Part shown: piece by piece, positions 19,617 to 20,000 of the stretch
Layout: each line of letters opens with the position of its first letter
Numbering within the stretch: position 1 is the first letter of the stretch
From: Reclinomonas americana ATCC 50394
Lineage: Eukaryota
Assembly: GCA_048213135.1 (NCBI GenBank)
Contig: PS015030.1
Span: 105,565-125,564, forward strand
Length of the DNA: 20,000 bases
Reading direction: 5' to 3'
Notes under the pieces: model-generated
Seen by the model: only the letters and a program-made list of their open reading frames with translations
What the model was told of the DNA's origin: nothing
The model's database searches: none
Translations under genes and position numbers: made by a program

Positions 19617-19963
19617 GTACGTCTGTGTGTCAAGGAGAAGCGCTCTCTGTGCATATCGTGTTGCAGCGCCTTCTTTTATCCTCATCGTCGCGATCAGCTG
19701 TGTCAGATCTGTCTCTCCTTCTTTGGAGTCTTCTCCCATCTCTCATTCGTGTTTGCCTGTCTCCTTTCTGTTGGGGATCTTTTCTTCTCGACATTGTCGC
19801 TTCTCCGCCATCCATTGTTGCACTGTCGATCATTTCTCCAGCATTTCTATTGACGGATTCTTCTCTGCAGTGCCGCACGCGGTTCATCATCTCAGTTTAT
19901 CATCATTTTCTTCTCTTGTTGCGCGTATCGTCGTAGATCGTCTCCTGGCGTCAGGTTGTTATT

Positions 19964-20000
<37 letters not shown>

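Overview
This is an intron-rich eukaryotic window with GC-rich exons, microsatellite-filled introns and several N gaps. The style and gene content suggest a choanoflagellate or other unicellular holozoan, which is an inference. I spliced exons by hand (no tools) and obtained five genes. (1) Minus strand, 8947 to <1: a large secreted/surface fibrocystin-L (PKHD1L1)-like protein with signal peptide, IPT/TIG repeats and PA14. It continues, unusually, into two tandem degenerate spherulin-4/Sph3(GH135)-like domains and a cadherin-like repeat. (2) Minus strand, ~14277-10300: a probably N-myristoylated LRR + Pro-rich + C-terminal PB1 protein with one LRR per symmetric exon. (3) Plus strand, 14428-15859: an unrecognised 60-aa four-exon microprotein, head-to-head with gene 2 and absent from the ORF track. 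(4) Minus strand from 16702: a SYS1-like Golgi membrane protein interrupted by a gap. (5) Plus strand from 17687: 26S proteasome ATPase RPT1/PSMC2, running off the window. Splicing is also notable: nine donors read GTTGCG (G shifted from +5 to +6), and there is a probable GC-AG intron and a 13-nt microexon. I found no tRNA, rRNA, CRISPR array or intact mobile element.
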